In this document: positions 1-9,738 of the stretch, piece by piece
Position numbering within the stretch: position 1 is the stretch's first letter
Layout of the letters: every line of letters begins with the position of its first letter
Source: Vicinamibacteria bacterium
GTDB taxonomy: Bacteria; Acidobacteriota; Vicinamibacteria; Marinacidobacterales; Marinacidobacteraceae
DNA: 64,000 nt
Reading direction: 5' to 3'
NCBI GenBank assembly: GCA_964291235.2
Contig: OZ219815.1
Span: 512,001 to 576,000 of the forward strand
Position numbers and translations under genes: made by a program
Notes under the pieces: model-generated
Database searches by the model: none
The model's input: the letters and a program-made list of their open reading frames with translations, nothing else
Told to the model about the DNA's origin: nothing

Positions 1-2422
1 CCGCGTTGATGAACTGGTTCGGATCCCGGGCCAGCGAACTGTTGTACACCCGGGTGGTCTGGCTGGATGCCGCCCCGAAGCCGCTGGAAGGCAGGAGCCC
101 GTAGGCCTTCGAATATACGTAGGAGATCTGCGCCTGCCAGTTGTCGGACATCCGCTTGTCGAGGCCGAATACGAATCCGTTGTAGTCCATGTACATCGGA
201 TCGCAGCGGTAGGAAACTCCCTGGCAGTCCACGTTGCTCAGCCGGTAGTAGCGGACGTTGGGGTCCGAGGTGATCGGATAGACGTCAATGGTCTGGCCGT
301 TTTCGAAAGTGTGCGACGCCGTCGTGTAGGTGGCGTTGTCCACGTTCCAACCGAGCAGGTCGTTCTGGTCCTTCCGGACGTAGGTGAAGTTGAAGGCGAG
401 GCTGGTGCCGAGCTCCCGGTCGAAGCCAATGGACAGCTGGTCGGTGACCGGAGACCGCGAGTTGGCGTCGTACCCGACGTCGGTGCTCGGCTCGTACTTC
501 GGCCCTTCGATGTCGTACATCCCGGTGTCCTCATTCCAGTAGAACTCCTGCTGGCTTCCCTGCCCGGGATGGAGACTGTGTAACTCGCCGGTGATGGCGG
601 TCCGGTAGAAACGCCCCCAGTTACCGCGCAGAACGGTCTTCCCATCGTCGTCGAGCCGGACGTTGAAGCCGAGCCGCGGCCCAATGTTTGTCCAACTGAA
701 CTGCTCCCCGGCGCCGGCAACGGTTCCGCGCTCGTCGAAAGTGAGCGCCACGAGATCGTTCACGATCAAGTCGTCCACGTCCTGGCTGAGGCCACGCACC
801 GTCTCGAAGCGCACCCCGGCGGACACGGTGGCGCGGCTCCCGACGTTGATGACGTCTTCCACGTACGCCGCTGTTTCCTTGAACTGCCCCCCGATGTTGT
901 AGGTGGTGCCGGTGATGATCCCGTAGGGACTGCCGTCGCCGTTGACGTAGTAGCGGACGCCGCCCGGATAGTTGGGGCCGGGGACGTAGCCGCCGTGGAT
1001 GCTGTGAGAGCCGTCCACGTAGTTGACACCGAACTTGAAGTCATGGTCCGCGCCCAGCCAGTCGCTCGCGAAATGGCTGACCTTGGCCTTCACGTCGGTG
1101 CGCGCCTGCTTGAAGATGTCGTACCACGGCGTCCCGCCGTAGTGGAAGCCGTTGTCGATGTCGAGGGTATTGGGAACTCCCGGGTTGTTCGACTCGCTCA
1201 GATCCCGCGGCGAGTAGAAACCCGAAACCCCCACCTCATAGAAGGTCTCGGAGGTCAGGACGTGGGTGATGCGACCGAAGGTCACCGAAGGGTTCTTCCC
1301 GCTGAAGGTCGCGGCCGCCGAGAAGGGGCGGGTCACCGACGGCGTCTGGGGAATCACCCAGATGTCGTCGTGGTAGGTGTGCATGAACTTGACGTTCGGG
1401 GTGATATCCGCCGTCAGCTTCCAGAACATGCGGTGGGCGCCGAACTTCCGGGGGAACTGCGGATCCGCCCCGGGCTGGGTGTCCCAGTCCTGCTGGTACT
1501 GGTAATTGGCGTAGAGCCACGCCCGGTCCCGGATGATCGGCCCACCGCCGTGGATCGTGTAGTCGTCGTAGCGATCCCGGTTGTACCCCCAACCGTTCGG
1601 ATCCTCGTCGCCGTCGGCGTTGAGCTTGATGGGTTGTGTGGTCAGCGAGCTGTGCTGCTTGTAGGCCGCGCCGGTGAAGGTGAAATCGTTCGTCCCCTGC
1701 TTGGTCACCACGTTGAAGACGGCGCCCGCCGCGCTGCCGTGCTCGGCCGAAGCGCCGAGGGAAACGATCTCCATTTCCTCGATCAGGTCGGTGGCGGGCC
1801 ACGGCCACGCGGCACCCGACACCGGAGCCGTGAAGTCCACCCCGTCCATGAGGTACTTGTTCTCGTCCACTCCGGAGCCGAACGCCGAGACGCGGCTGCT
1901 GGTGCCGCTCGTCGGGTTCGTGGCCGACATACCGGGGGCCGACTTCGTGAAGTCGAAGAAGCTGAACCGGCGGAGCGGGGTGTTCTCCATGTACTCGCTC
2001 GAATAGTTTGTGGATACCCCGGACTTCCGGGTGTCTACCACCGGGGTCTCACCGGTGACCGTCACGGTTTCGGCGACGGTGGCGAGGTTGAGGGAGACAT
2101 TCCTTTCCACGGTGCCACCGACCAGCACCTGCATCCCTTCTTCGATATAGGTGCCGAAACCGGTGAGTTCCACCCGGAGGGTGTAGTCGCCGGGAGGCAG
2201 GTTGGGGAAACGGTACTGGCCCGAAGCGTTGGTCACCGCCGAGCGGGGACCCCCGGGAAGCTGTTCCGAGGAGACGCTCACCGTCGTCCCCGGAAGCACG
2301 AGTCCCTGGTCGTCGGAGACGCTCCCCAGAATCGTGCCGGTGATCTGGCCAAACGCGGAGGTGGCGCCAAGGACGAGTCCGAGCGCCAGCAGGCCTCCGA
2401 TTAGCTTACGAGTGTTGATCAT
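1..2422 (-). CDS. TonB-dependent receptor with N-terminal carboxypeptidase-regulatory-like domain (runs off window start)
   Basis: Translated by hand (not in ORF track): MINTRKLIGGLLALGLVLGATSAFGQITGTILGSVSDDQGLVLPG...GQYRFPNLPPGDYTLRVELTGF...AETVTVTGETPVVDT...GAVFNVVTKQGTN...IGPRLGFNVRLDDDGKTVLRGNWGRFY. Signal peptide, plug and beta-barrel motifs; frame stays open to position 1. Confidence 0.9.
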   Translation of the reverse strand, partial: MINTRKLIGGLLALGLVLGATSAFGQITGTILGSVSDDQGLVLPGTTVSVSSEQLPGGPRSAVTNASGQYRFPNLPPGDYTLRVELTGFGTYIEEGMQVLVGGTVERNVSLNLATVAETVTVTGETPVVDTRKSGVSTNYSSEYMENTPLRRFSFFDFTKSAPGMSATNPTSGTSSRVSAFGSGVDENKYLMDGVDFTAPVSGAAWPWPATDLIEEMEIVSLGASAEHGSAAGAVFNVVTKQGTNDFTFTGAAYKQHSSLTTQPIKLNADGDEDPNGWGYNRDRYDDYTIHGGGPIIRDRAWLYANYQYQQDWDTQPGADPQFPRKFGAHRMFWKLTADITPNVKFMHTYHDDIWVIPQTPSVTRPFSAAATFSGKNPSVTFGRITHVLTSETFYEVGVSGFYSPRDLSESNNPGVPNTLDIDNGFHYGGTPWYDIFKQARTDVKAKVSHFASDWLGADHDFKFGVNYVDGSHSIHGGYVPGPNYPGGVRYYVNGDGSPYGIITGTTYNIGGQFKETAAYVEDVINVGSRATVSAGVRFETVRGLSQDVDDLIVNDLVALTFDERGTVAGAGEQFSWTNIGPRLGFNVRLDDDGKTVLRGNWGRFYRTAITGELHSLHPGQGSQQEFYWNEDTGMYDIEGPKYEPSTDVGYDANSRSPVTDQLSIGFDRELGTSLAFNFTYVRKDQNDLLGWNVDNATYTTASHTFENGQTIDVYPITSDPNVRYYRLSNVDCQGVSYRCDPMYMDYNGFVFGLDKRMSDNWQAQISYVYSKAYGLLPSSGFGAASSQTTRVYNSSLARDPNQFINA

Positions 2423-2602
2423 CAACGAACCCCCCAAGGAAGGCTGAGTGAAGTCGTGAATCCGTCCCGACCGGACGGAAGCCAATCCCGAACGGTATGA
2501 ACTCGTGGTCGAGGTGTCAAACGGGCGGTGCCGGGAATCGTGGGTCCTCGTTGCAGCATCCGGCCGCGTGTTGCGCCGCAGGGGTGCGGTACGCCGGATC
2601 CG

Positions 2603-2795
2603 CTAGACAGCACTCTCCGGCACGAGCCGCAGCCGTTCGCAGTGCGCGGGCCGGACGACGCCGAAGTGCCGGCGGTCCAGGGTTGCCACCTTCGTCTCGC
2701 CCAGAGCCTCGCAGACCGCGATCACCGCGGCATCCACGAAACCCAGATCGAGATCGCCGTACCGGTGCGCCAGATCGACGGCGCGCAGCCGCTCC
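2603..2795 (-). pseudogene. C-terminal remnant of a VapC/PIN-domain toxin
   Basis: RAVDLAHRYGDLDLGFVDAAVIAVCEALGETKVATLDRRHFGVVRPAHCERLRLVP matches the PIN C-terminal half (VDA and TLDRRHF motifs). No N-terminal DT motif or start codon before the upstream toxin gene. Confidence 0.7.
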
Positions 2796-2838
2796 CCGTG
2801 CCCCGAGTTCGGCGACTTCCCCGCGGTTGGGACGCGCC

Positions 2839-3198
2839 TCAGAACGCGAACGGCTCCTCTCGCACCATCGTCGCCTCGCAGCCGAGCGCGGTGTTGAGCG
2901 CCTGGCAGACGTCGAACATCCGACCCGGCCCAAGATGGCCGATCCATTGGTGCAGATCGGTGCGCCGCACGGTGTGAACATGGTCGAGATTCACCACGCT
3001 GTCCTGTTTCAGACCTTCGAAGGTTCCCACGCGTACCTCGCTTCGGATACCCCGAATCGTGGTCATGACGGGCGCCACCACCACGGTGTGCATCCGGTTC
3101 ACGACGTCGTCGCGCGTCAATACGAGCACCGGCCGCCGGCGGTCGGGAGCGCCGAACCGATGGAGCCAGAGGTCTCCGCGCCTCAGGGTTCGGGCCAC
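2839..3198 (-). CDS. Type II TA toxin, PemK/MazF family endoribonuclease
   Basis: LRRGDLWLHRFGAPDRRRPVLVLTRD...VVVAPVMTTIRGIRSEV...GLKQDSVVNLDHVHTV; GTG start overlaps the antitoxin 3' end. Confidence 0.88.
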   Translation of the reverse strand: MARTLRRGDLWLHRFGAPDRRRPVLVLTRDDVVNRMHTVVVAPVMTTIRGIRSEVRVGTFEGLKQDSVVNLDHVHTVRRTDLHQWIGHLGPGRMFDVCQALNTALGCEATMVREEPFAF

Positions 3199-3422
3199 GG
3201 GGCCCCCGCCTCCACCCAGCCTTCGAGTTCCTCCTCGATCGGTGGGAAATCGGGTCCATAGCCGCGGGCGTATTCCTCGGCGATCGTTTTTTCCTCGCGG
3301 CGACGAAGGTAGCCCTCCGCGATCCGCCGAACGACCTCGGAACGGCCCAGCTCGCGCACGAGCTCGTCCGCATCGAAACGTGCAAGCAGGTCCTCGGAGA
3401 AGTTGATCTGCACAGCCTTCAT
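3183..3422 (-). CDS. Type II TA antitoxin, ribbon-helix-helix (CopG/MazE-like)
   Basis: 79 aa; MKAVQINFSEDLLARFD...GRSEVVRRIAEGYL RHH pattern, acidic C-terminus, directly upstream of the MazF-like gene. Confidence 0.8.
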   Translation of the reverse strand: MKAVQINFSEDLLARFDADELVRELGRSEVVRRIAEGYLRRREEKTIAEEYARGYGPDFPPIEEELEGWVEAGAPWPEP

Positions 3423-3468
3423 GTGGATAAATTACCACAGAGACATGTGGATGATATACAACATCCAC
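3422..3468 (-). promoter_or_regulatory. TA promoter/operator: two palindromes plus extended -10 (probably leaderless)
   Basis: TGTGG-N8-CCACA (3422-3439) and GTGGATG-N8-CATCCAC (3447-3468). The minus strand reads TGG-TAATTT-ATCCAC-ATG with no Shine-Dalgarno. Confidence 0.6.
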
Positions 3469-3526
3469 GCCCGCGCCAATCACCGGCGCGGCGAGGCTCG
3501 GGCGATACTCGGGCGATAATCGCCGC

Positions 3527-5830
3527 GTGACCGAGTCCCGCCCCCGCAGGTGGCTTTCCGCGGCTGGAGCGGCCGCCGTCGCGCTGCTCGCGGCCTGTTC
3601 CGGTCTTCCCGGCGGAGCCGACGCCATCCGCCCGCTGAACGTGGTGGTCGTCACCCTCGACACCCTGTCCGGGCGGCACCTGAGCCAGTACGGCAACCAG
3701 CGCATCGCAACCCCCGCGTTCGGCCGGGTCGCCGCCGAGGGAGTCCTCTTCGAGCAGGCGACGGCGACGGTCCCGCTCACCCTGCCCTCGCACACCTCCA
3801 TGTTCACCGGGACCTATCCCATGTTCCACGGGGTGCGCGACAACGGCGGGTACTACGTCCGCGAGGAGTCCGAGACCCTGGCCGAGGTGCTGGGCGGAGC
3901 CGGATACCGGACGGGAGCGTTCGTTGCAGCCTTCGTGGTGGACTCCCGCTGGGGTCTGGACCAGGGATTCGACCGCTATTTCGACGACTTCAACTTCCGC
4001 GAGTTCGAGCGCATCAGCCTCGACAGCGTGCAGCGCCCCGGAGACGAAGTCCTCGACGCGGCGCTCGCGTGGATGGCGGACGTGAAGGACGAACGGTTCT
4101 TTTCCTGGATCCACCTCTACGACCCGCACTGGCCCTACGAGGCCCCCGAGCCCTGGGCGTCCCGGGTGAGCGGCTACCCGGACGCCGCCTACGACGCGGA
4201 AGTCCTGTTCACGGACTCCCTGGTCGGCCGGCTCCTCGATTGGCTCGACGCAAACGCCCTCGCCGAGGACACCCTGCTGGTCCTGATCGGTGACCACGGC
4301 GAGAGCCTCGGCCGTCATCGCGAGGGCGCCCACGGGTTCTTCATCTACGACGCCGCGATGCAGGTGCCCTTCCTGCTGCGCGCCCCGTACCGGCAGATCG
4401 GGCGCGGGCTGCGCGTCCCGGCGCAAGTCCGGGGAATCGACCTGATGCCGACGGTGCTGGATCTGGTCGGCGTCCCCATTCCGGGTGTCGTTCAGGGCGC
4501 GAGCCTCACCCCCCTGGCGGACGGATCGCAGGCCGACCTGGGACTGTGGGCGTACTCGGAAAGCCTCTATCCCCGGAACCACTACGGCTGGTCCCCGTTG
4601 CACTCCCTCAGGAACGGCCTGCTTCACTTCATCTCGGCGCCGCGGCCGGAACTCTTCGAGGTACTCGACGATCCCGGCGAGACGACGAATCTCGCTCCCG
4701 ACCGGCCCGGGCAGGTGCGGCAACTCCAGGCGCGGCTCGACCGGATGGTCGTGGAACTGGGGAGAGAGGGCGCGGACGAGCAGGCGCCCGAAGAGCTGGA
4801 CGAGGAGACCCGGGCGCAACTGGCGGCCCTCGGGTATCTGGGCGGATCTTCCCGCGTCCGGGTGGACGAGGGCGCCCCGCTCGCCGATCCCAAGGACAAG
4901 ATCGTTCTCTACAACCTGCTGAAGGCGGCGGGCACCGACTCCACCGAGGACCGCATCGAGGACGCGATGGCCAAGGTGCGGCGCGTCCTGGACGAGGACC
5001 CCTGGATCCTCGAGGCTCACCTGATCCTCGGCAACCTTTTCGTAAAACGGGAGGATTGGGACGGGGCGATCGGGTCGTATCGCGAAGCGCTGGCGCTGGA
5101 CCCCGAATACAAGTCCGCGATCCTGGGGCTCGCCGACGCCTACCGGCTGGCGGCCCGCTACGACGAAGCCGCCGCCGGTTACCGGCGCCTGCTGGAACTG
5201 GACCCGAACGACAACAAGGCCTTCTACCACCTCGCCGAGATCCACGCCGCCAAGGAGGAGTACGGCGAGGCCCTGGAGGTGCTCGCCGGACTCGAGGCGA
5301 CCGGCGAGGAGCGGGCGCCGGCCCGCAACCTCAAGGGCCAGTGCCTGCTGAGCCTGGGTCGCCTCGACGAGGCCGAAGCCGAGCTGCGCCTCGCCCTGGA
5401 AATGGACGACCAGCTCTCCGACGCCTGGTACAACCTGGCGCTCCTGTTCGAGGAACGCGGCGACGGCTCGCGCGCCATCGAGGCGTACGAAACGCGTCTC
5501 GAGATGGCGCCGCGGGACTTCCGTTCCCACTTCAACGTGGCGAAGCTCTACGGAGCGATGGGAGACCCGGGACGGATGGAGGCATCGTTCCGGTCCGCCC
5601 TGGAACACAACTCCGAGTTCGCGGTCGGATATCTCTACCTGTCCAAGGTACTCCTGGACCGGGGTGAGCTGGAGGAGGCCGAGGAGGTCGCGCTTCGCGG
5701 CCTCGCCCTCGAGCCGGAGCCGGAGATGGCCCCGCTCGGGCACTTCGTGCTCGCCGATGTCTATAACCGCCAGGGCCGAGCCGCCGAAGCCGAACGCGAG
5801 ATACGGCGGGCGCAGTCCTACCGGCGGTAG
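3527..5830 (+). CDS. Sulfatase-like (alkaline phosphatase superfamily) lipoprotein with C-terminal TPR repeats
   Basis: Lipobox LLAAC; NVVVVTLDTL, TLPSHTSMFTG, HLYDPH, GDHGE, LAALGYL motifs; several TPR units after about aa 470. Confidence 0.9.
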   Translation: MTESRPRRWLSAAGAAAVALLAACSGLPGGADAIRPLNVVVVTLDTLSGRHLSQYGNQRIATPAFGRVAAEGVLFEQATATVPLTLPSHTSMFTGTYPMFHGVRDNGGYYVREESETLAEVLGGAGYRTGAFVAAFVVDSRWGLDQGFDRYFDDFNFREFERISLDSVQRPGDEVLDAALAWMADVKDERFFSWIHLYDPHWPYEAPEPWASRVSGYPDAAYDAEVLFTDSLVGRLLDWLDANALAEDTLLVLIGDHGESLGRHREGAHGFFIYDAAMQVPFLLRAPYRQIGRGLRVPAQVRGIDLMPTVLDLVGVPIPGVVQGASLTPLADGSQADLGLWAYSESLYPRNHYGWSPLHSLRNGLLHFISAPRPELFEVLDDPGETTNLAPDRPGQVRQLQARLDRMVVELGREGADEQAPEELDEETRAQLAALGYLGGSSRVRVDEGAPLADPKDKIVLYNLLKAAGTDSTEDRIEDAMAKVRRVLDEDPWILEAHLILGNLFVKREDWDGAIGSYREALALDPEYKSAILGLADAYRLAARYDEAAAGYRRLLELDPNDNKAFYHLAEIHAAKEEYGEALEVLAGLEATGEERAPARNLKGQCLLSLGRLDEAEAELRLALEMDDQLSDAWYNLALLFEERGDGSRAIEAYETRLEMAPRDFRSHFNVAKLYGAMGDPGRMEASFRSALEHNSEFAVGYLYLSKVLLDRGELEEAEEVALRGLALEPEPEMAPLGHFVLADVYNRQGRAAEAEREIRRAQSYRR

Positions 5831-5864
5831 CCGTCAACCACGGGTTCACCCGAAGAGGATCACG

Positions 5865-6677
5865 GTGCGGTTCGACCTGGTTTCGGATGTCCATCAGGAC
5901 ATCGGCTGGCGCGACCTGCCGGTCCGTACCGGCGACTCCGAGACGCTGGTGATCGCCGGCGACGTGGGCAACCGGGTCGAGGTGACGGCGAACGCGGTAG
6001 CCGCCTTGGCCCGGGTCTATCGGGACGTCGTGTTCGTTGACGGCAACCACGAGTTCTATTCGTCGGGAGGCGAAATCGACGGGACGCGGAACCAGCTCCA
6101 GGAAGCGTTTCCCGCCAACGTCCACTATCTCGACCGCAAAGGGCCGTTTCGTCTGGGCAACACGGCTTTTGTTGGCGCAAACGGGTGGTACCAGTTCCAC
6201 GAGCCATCCTCCGGTTCGTTCCGGGTGCAGTCGGAGTGGTGGCGCTGGCGCTCCAACGACGCGCGGCTCGTCTTCCCGGGAGGCGACCCGCAGCAGGCGC
6301 TGGAACGGTGGAAGGAATCGAGGCGCACCCTGTTCCAGCAGTTCGAATGCGCCCGCGACGACGCGGCCGTCGAGCATGTCGTGGTCGTGACGCACTCGGT
6401 TCCCCACTCCGGCGGCCTTCGGGATGGCTACGAACCGGCGTCGAACGGCTCGTACTACAACGGGCTGTTCGAGGAGGCGAAGGAAACCGGCGGCGGACTC
6501 CTCGGCAAGACCCGGGTCTGGTGTTACGGGCATACCCACCATCCGGCGTTCTTCCGCGACCGGACATCCGGCGCGGATGTCTGGTTCGTCGCCAACCCGC
6601 GCGGCTACGGCCACGAGCGCCACAACCCGAGGCGCAACCGGACGGTTGAGGTGGACGTGGAGAACCCCGGCTACTGA
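5865..6677 (+). CDS. Calcineurin-like metallophosphoesterase
   Basis: SDVH, AGDVG, DGNHE, VTHSVPH, YGHTH, NPRGY motifs; GTG start after GAGGA. Confidence 0.88.
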   Translation: MRFDLVSDVHQDIGWRDLPVRTGDSETLVIAGDVGNRVEVTANAVAALARVYRDVVFVDGNHEFYSSGGEIDGTRNQLQEAFPANVHYLDRKGPFRLGNTAFVGANGWYQFHEPSSGSFRVQSEWWRWRSNDARLVFPGGDPQQALERWKESRRTLFQQFECARDDAAVEHVVVVTHSVPHSGGLRDGYEPASNGSYYNGLFEEAKETGGGLLGKTRVWCYGHTHHPAFFRDRTSGADVWFVANPRGYGHERHNPRRNRTVEVDVENPGY

Positions 6678-6770
6678 CTCCCGGGGACCCGTAACGCCGC
6701 TGTCGATGCTCTCATTCCATGCAACGCAGGCATTGAGAGCGTTACAATCCGGCCGCGAAGGAGGACTCCG

Positions 6771-7031
6771 GTGGCCAGCCTTTCCATCCGCAACCTCGAC
6801 GAAACAACCAAGCAGCGGCTGCGCATCCGCGCCGCCGAGAAGGGGCGATCCATGGAGGCCGAGGCCCGCACGATCCTGACGGCCGCCGTGGATGCCACCC
6901 CGGACCCGGAAGAAAACCTCTACGGCGCGATCCGGCGGATCGTGGAGCCCCTCGGCGGAGTGGAACTCGAGCTCCCACCCCGTGAACCGATGCGGGATCC
7001 ACCGGACTTCAGCTCCGATGACGTCTCGTGA
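6771..7031 (+). CDS. FitA-like/Arc-family antitoxin (plasmid stabilisation protein type)
   Basis: MASLSIRNLDETTKQRLRIRAAEKGRSMEAEARTIL; RBS AAGGAGG; GTGA overlap with the PIN toxin. Confidence 0.88.
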   Translation: MASLSIRNLDETTKQRLRIRAAEKGRSMEAEARTILTAAVDATPDPEENLYGAIRRIVEPLGGVELELPPREPMRDPPDFSSDDVS

Positions 7032-7449
7032 TCGTTGTCGATACCAACGTGATTTCCGAGTTGCTGCGTCCTCAGCCGGATTCGCGGGTGGCGGCGTGGA
7101 CCCAACTCCAACCGCGCGGCGGGCTCTACACAACTACGGTAAGTGAGGGCGAACTCCGGTACGGGATCGCCGCCTGCCGACTGGAAAACGACGTAACGAA
7201 CTGGTCGCGATGGCGGACGAATTCTTCAGCGCGGCGTTCATGGGACGCATTCTGACTTTCGATCGGGCTGCTGCCGTCGAGTTCGCCGAGATCGGCGCCC
7301 GACGCCGGAAAGCCGGGAATCCAATCACTCCTCTCGATTGCCAGATCGCTGCAATAGCGCGATCCAACGGCGCGACGATCGCCACCCGCAACACCACCGA
7401 CTTTCGGGATTGCGGGGTACGCATCATCAACCCCTGGGATGCCGCATGA
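7028..7449 (+). pseudogene. VapC/FitB PIN toxin, split by a 1-bp deletion near 7170 (possibly a sequencing error)
   Basis: MIVVDTNVISELLRP...GELRYGIA, then in another frame RLPTGKRRNELVAMADEFF...DCQIAAIARSNGATIATRNTTDF...INPW. Adding one C restores a full ~140-aa toxin. Confidence 0.85.
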
Positions 7450-7539
7450 GGGCATCTGCCTGGGGGGAGCAAAAACATCGGGAAGGCCTGCCGCTACCGC
7501 GATTCGGTGGATGGCATCCGAACCACAGGAGCAAGAACA

Positions 7540-9663
7540 ATGACCAAACGGACTCTGCCAGCCGCCGGAGCGGCCTTGGTCCTCGCCGCCGGGTGCGGTG
7601 GGGCGCCTGAACCGGAAATGAGCGAGAACCCCTTCTTCAACGAGAGCACCCTGCCCTACGGGCTACCCCACTTCGACCTCATCGACGACAGCCACTACCG
7701 AGCCGCCTTCGAGCGCGGCATGGCCGAGCAGATCGAAGAGGTGGAGGCGATCGCCGCCTCCCCGGAGTCGGCCACCCTCGAGAACACCCTGGTCGCCATA
7801 GAGCGGTCGGGACGCCTTCTCGACCGCGTGGCGCGGGTCTTCTTCAGCTTGTCGTCCGCCGACACCAACGACGAGATCAACGCCATCCGCGCCGAGATGG
7901 CGCCCAAGCTGGCGGCGCACTCGGACCAGATCCTGCTGAACGCCGATCTGTTCGCCCGCGTGGAGTCGCTCTACGCGGCCCGCAACGAATCGGGCCTCTC
8001 ACCCGAGGAAGTGCGTCTCGTGGAGCAGTACCGGCGCGACTTCGCCCGCGCCGGCGCACTGCTTTCCGAACCCGAGAAGCAGCGGATGCGGGAGATCAAC
8101 GCCGAACTCGCTTCCCTCTCGGCGGCCTTCAGCGAGAACACCCTCGACGAGGTGAATGCCTCGGCGGTGGTTGTGGATTCCGCCGAGGAGCTTGCCGGGC
8201 TGTCCGAGGGAGAGATCGCCGCGGCGGCCGAGGCGGCGAAGGCGCGCGATCTCGAAGGCAAGTACGTGATTGCCCTCCTGAACACGAGTGGCCAACCGGC
8301 GCTGTCCTCGCTCGAGGACCGGGGGCTTCGCGAGCGGATTGCGAAGACGTCGCTCGCGCGGGGCAGCCGCGGCGGGGAACACGACAACCGGGAAGTGGTC
8401 GTGCAGATCGCTGCCCTCCGCGCCGAGCGCGCCGCGCTCCTCGGATACCCCCACCACGCGGCCTTCGTGCTGGAGGAGCAGACGGCGCAGACCATCGACG
8501 CGGTGAACGGCCGCCTGTCCGGGCTCACCCCGAGGGCGGTGGCGAACGCGCGGCGCGAAGCCGACGATCTGGCGGAACTCGCCCGCTCCGAGGGCGACGA
8601 CATCGAGGTCGCCGCCTGGGACTGGTCCTACTACACCGAGAAACTGCGAGCCGAGCGGTTTTCGTTCGATGCCTCGCAACTCAAGCCCTACTTCGAGATG
8701 GACGGGGTGTTGGTGAACGGGGTCTTCTTCGCCGCGAACCAGCTCTTCGGCCTGCGCTTCGAAGAGCGGCCCGAGCTACCGGTCTATCACCCCGACGTGC
8801 GGATCTGGGAGGTCTTCGAGGAGGACGGGTCACCCCTCGGCCTCTTCATCGGCGACTTCTACGCGCGGCCTTCCAAGCGGGGCGGCGCCTGGATGAACGC
8901 CTACGTCTCGCAGTCCGGCCTTCTCGGAACGCAGCCGGTGGTCGCCAACCACCTGAACGTCCCCAAGCCTCCGGAAGGCGAACCCACCCTGCTGACCTTC
9001 GATGAGGTCATCACCATGTTCCACGAGTTCGGGCACGCGCTGCACGGCCTCTTCTCGAACGTGCGCTACCCCTACTTCTCCGGCACCTCGGTGCCCCGCG
9101 ATTTCGTGGAGTACCCCTCACAGGTGAACGAGATGTGGGCCACCTGGCCGGAGGTGCTCAGGAACTACGCGGTCCACTACGAGACCGGAGAGCCGATCCC
9201 GGGGGACCTGCTCGACCGGGTGCTCTCGGCGCGCACCTTCAACCAGGGATTCGCCACCACCGAGTATCTGGCCGCGACGTTGCTCGACCTGGCCTGGCAT
9301 CAACTCGGGGTGGGCGAGACCCCCGCTGCCGATGGCGTCCTCGCCTTCGAGGAGGCGGCGCTCGAAGCGGCGGGCGTGGCCTTCGCTCCGGTGCCGCCCC
9401 GCTACCGGACCACCTACTTCTCCCACATCTGGAGCAGCGGCTACTCGGCCGGCTACTACTCCTACATCTGGAGCGAGGTGCTGGACGCCGATTCAGTGGA
9501 GTGGTTCCGGGAGAACGACGGACTGAAGCGCGAAAACGGCGACCACTTCCGCGCGACCCTGCTCTCGAAAGGGGGCAGCATCGAGGCGATGGACCTCTTC
9601 CGGACCTTCCGCGGCCGGGACGCCGAGGTGGAGCCCCTGCTCCGGCGGCGCGGGCTGAACTGA
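7540..9663 (+). CDS. dcp: M3 family metallopeptidase (peptidyl-dipeptidase Dcp), lipoprotein
   Basis: FHEFGHALH, KRGGAWM, VPRDFVEYPSQVNE, GYSAGYYSYIWSEVLD; lipobox LAAGC. Confidence 0.93.
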   Translation: MTKRTLPAAGAALVLAAGCGGAPEPEMSENPFFNESTLPYGLPHFDLIDDSHYRAAFERGMAEQIEEVEAIAASPESATLENTLVAIERSGRLLDRVARVFFSLSSADTNDEINAIRAEMAPKLAAHSDQILLNADLFARVESLYAARNESGLSPEEVRLVEQYRRDFARAGALLSEPEKQRMREINAELASLSAAFSENTLDEVNASAVVVDSAEELAGLSEGEIAAAAEAAKARDLEGKYVIALLNTSGQPALSSLEDRGLRERIAKTSLARGSRGGEHDNREVVVQIAALRAERAALLGYPHHAAFVLEEQTAQTIDAVNGRLSGLTPRAVANARREADDLAELARSEGDDIEVAAWDWSYYTEKLRAERFSFDASQLKPYFEMDGVLVNGVFFAANQLFGLRFEERPELPVYHPDVRIWEVFEEDGSPLGLFIGDFYARPSKRGGAWMNAYVSQSGLLGTQPVVANHLNVPKPPEGEPTLLTFDEVITMFHEFGHALHGLFSNVRYPYFSGTSVPRDFVEYPSQVNEMWATWPEVLRNYAVHYETGEPIPGDLLDRVLSARTFNQGFATTEYLAATLLDLAWHQLGVGETPAADGVLAFEEAALEAAGVAFAPVPPRYRTTYFSHIWSSGYSAGYYSYIWSEVLDADSVEWFRENDGLKRENGDHFRATLLSKGGSIEAMDLFRTFRGRDAEVEPLLRRRGLN

Positions 9664-9738
9664 GCCGGGGAGCGACGGGAACGCCGGTCGAACTCTCCGA
9701 CCGCATTGCCGAAAGGTTGGCTGGACTCTCCGCGGCGT

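Noticed and set aside
9676-9705. Possible tenth REP unit (gggaacgccggtc...cgaccg) after dcp
   Set aside because: Only the head matches and the two-hairpin architecture is absent; too weak to count.
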